Below are positions 61,910 through 64,000 of a stretch of DNA of 64,000 bases, piece by piece (the first letter of the stretch is position 1; the number at the start of each line of letters is the position of its first letter). This DNA comes from Dicyema japonicum (Eukaryota > Animalia > Dicyemida). A program made the translations under genes and the position numbers. Where the stretch lies: assembly GCA_011109175.1 (NCBI GenBank), contig RDEW01000050.1:212694-276693 (forward strand), read 5' to 3'. A model generated the notes under the pieces. That model saw nothing but the letters and a program-made list of their open reading frames with translations. It did not search any database and was not told the origin of the DNA.

Positions 61910-62580
61910 TCAGTTGTCTTGACCACAATCGGATAAAACGCGAATCGGTCGCATCGCGCTTCGTATTTCTTCTCCTTTGCCCTCATCGTTTTTCCGCGGC
62001 ATACAGTGTGTCAACCACACTCCAAACAATGTTGGACGGGCAAAGTGTGTCGACACAAGTAGCGTGCCAGACCAAAGGTTTCCCCTCATCAAATGGGAAA
62101 ATTGTGATCCCGTCGGGACGTTTTCCGTCTCCTGTGTCCAGGCCAACAGGTTCAAGTATAGCGGGGTATCCCGCAGACTCCAGGGCTCACTTGACGATTC
62201 TGTTGATCGCCTTGTGTCTTGGGAATCGCCCTGCACTTCTTCGACACGAGAGGGCATGGTGTCCATAACAATCGACGGTGGCGCCACACCTGCATTTGCG
62301 AGTCCGGCAAATCTCCAGTCCAAATCTGGTGACAGTATCGTCGTCAAGGTGGGTCCCGACACTACCAACGGGGAGTGCATTGATCCAAGCGCCACTCGAT
62401 TCGCATCTTCCAGTGACTAGACAGGCACGTCTGTGTTGGTTTGATTGGTTTAGAAGCCTCTCATATTTATTCTCGCAGATGGTCCTGTAACGGTCTTTCT
62501 GCTCAGGCATCATCCCTTTCAAATGCTCCATATCTGTGATTTTGGTTGAGGAGGTGACGACATCTCTATTGCACAAATGT
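61910..62580 (-). mobile_element. CRE-like 3' fragment
   Basis: SGAWINALP, CRCGATVDCYGHHALSC, RRPDGITIFPF..LVW. Confidence 0.85.
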
Positions 62581-62807
62581 CTGAAACGCACTTAAAGCGT
62601 TTGGAGGAGCTTAAAAACATCTTTCAATGTAAGAGGGATCAGCAAAGAGTGGGAAAGAAACCTGCTATGTTTAGATCTGAGGAGACATGGTGCAGACGTG
62701 GGATGCCTACAAGAGACAAAAGTACAGGCTGGAATGGACGAGCTACATGGCGACTATAGACTCATTTTACTACCATCGTCATCAAGACATTATGGACAGG
62801 ATTTGCC

Positions 62808-64000
62808 GTGCACAAGAAACTTGTTCGTGGGATACGTCGGTGTTGGAGTGTTAACGACAGGATGAGCATACTGCAAATACGGGTTGGGGTCAAACGCACG
62901 TGGAGGGCCCTTATCTCAATTATAAATGTTTATGCACCCCACAGTGGACGGGCTGCCAAAGATTCGGACGAACTTGACGCTTTCTACGTGCAGCTGTCGA
63001 GAACATATGTCAAACTGGAATCGTATTTTCTAGTCTTCATTGTTAGAGACTGGAATGCTAAAGCAGGAGTACGTCGGGAACATGAGTTGACTATTGGAAG
63101 ACACGGAAGAGGGATCAGGAATTTGCCGAGGGCTGTGCTGATAATTTTCTGCCGGGCATTTGGTCGACATAGGACTACCTGGACGAGTTGCAGAAGAAAT
63201 GAATCTGGGGGCCATGTGATGATTTACAATCAGAATGATTACATTCTTTGCCGACAGAAAGATAGAACACTATTACGGGACTCGAGGTCATACGGAGGGG
63301 CCGTCGTGGAAAGCGACCACAAGATCGTCGTGGCCTTGTTTGATATTATGCACGCACTTCAGGAACAAAGCCACCTCAGGTCATACGAGGAGGATACCTA
63401 ATCGAGAGACTATGTTTTTTACACTTCACTCGAAATATCTATCGAGCATATATGGAACATTATCTACAAGCAATAGAGACAGGCCTTCCACCGGGAGTTA
63501 CTTGGACGCGTATAATGGAAAGAATTCACATGACTGCAGACGAACACATTGGGAGGTGGCCGCACAACGCACGAGGTACCAAACAGGGCCACCCCGATGT
63601 TCCGCACTAGCTGCAAAACAGAAGGATCTTCGACTATCGCTAGAAAACATGACGAACACAGATAGGAAATGCTTTTTACAGTCGGAATGTACTAGGATAC
63701 AGAGAAAAATCAGAAAATTAAACAGTGAACATGTTGCAAACGTTTTTGATGCCAGGCTAAAGGAAGTGAGAATTAAAGGATTGTGCACAGATGTTCTTGG
63801 CAATGCGCCTGCTTAAGAGGAGGAACCAAAAGGGCAAACTAAAAATTCAGGATAACAAAGGGAATATGATTTTTGACGCTACGGAACAAGCCGAACTTAT
63901 TGCTGCTCATTTTGAACGACTCTTTGACGTTGAAAAGGTGGACATAATCACTGGTAATGCAGGAAGTCTTGTAAATGAAATCACGGTGGGAGAAGTTATG
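62808..64000 (+). mobile_element. RTEX-like LINE (APE domain and linker), continues beyond the window
   Basis: SVNDRMSIL, INVYAPHS, VRDWNAKAG, NQNDYILC, SDHKIVV. Confidence 0.85.

Overview
AT-rich eukaryotic (animal) nuclear DNA, not prokaryotic. Compact host genes with many 21-29 nt GT-AG introns are interspersed with dense, often nested transposon debris. Host genes traced by manual splicing: IBA57/YgfZ-family (67-1073,-), a ~800-aa acidic-repeat protein ending in an atypical Rab-like GTPase (7921-10692,+), an orphan repeat protein (17579-18265,+), eIF4E (25378-26089,+), a VIPAS39/SPE-39-like gene (33964-34960,+), a UBR-type RING E3 ligase (45043-49691,+), DLST (49795-51244,+) and an NR5 (FTZ-F1/HR39-type) nuclear receptor (52464-53686,-). 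There are two tRNA-Ala(UGC) copies inside a dispersed ~1.5-kb repeat. An NR5 receptor plus tiny introns suggests a dicyemid mesozoan or a similar reduced bilaterian (inference). Mobile DNA includes CRE-clade and R4/Dong-like RLE retrotransposons, Ingi/Vingi-like, RTE and RTEX-like LINEs, hAT elements with 8-bp TSDs, a TG...CA element with a 5-bp TSD, and a tRNA-derived SINE. The most unusual signal is a ~460-bp LINE derivative with a twin-priming-type inversion, present twice with the same breakpoints but different flanks, which suggests an inverted product that was re-mobilised as a unit. Several other internally deleted (5'+3') LINE derivatives share a conserved stop/tail motif. Single-base frameshifts in conserved genes are most simply consensus errors. 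All homology calls are from motif recognition by eye, with no searches run; boundaries of degenerate elements are approximate.
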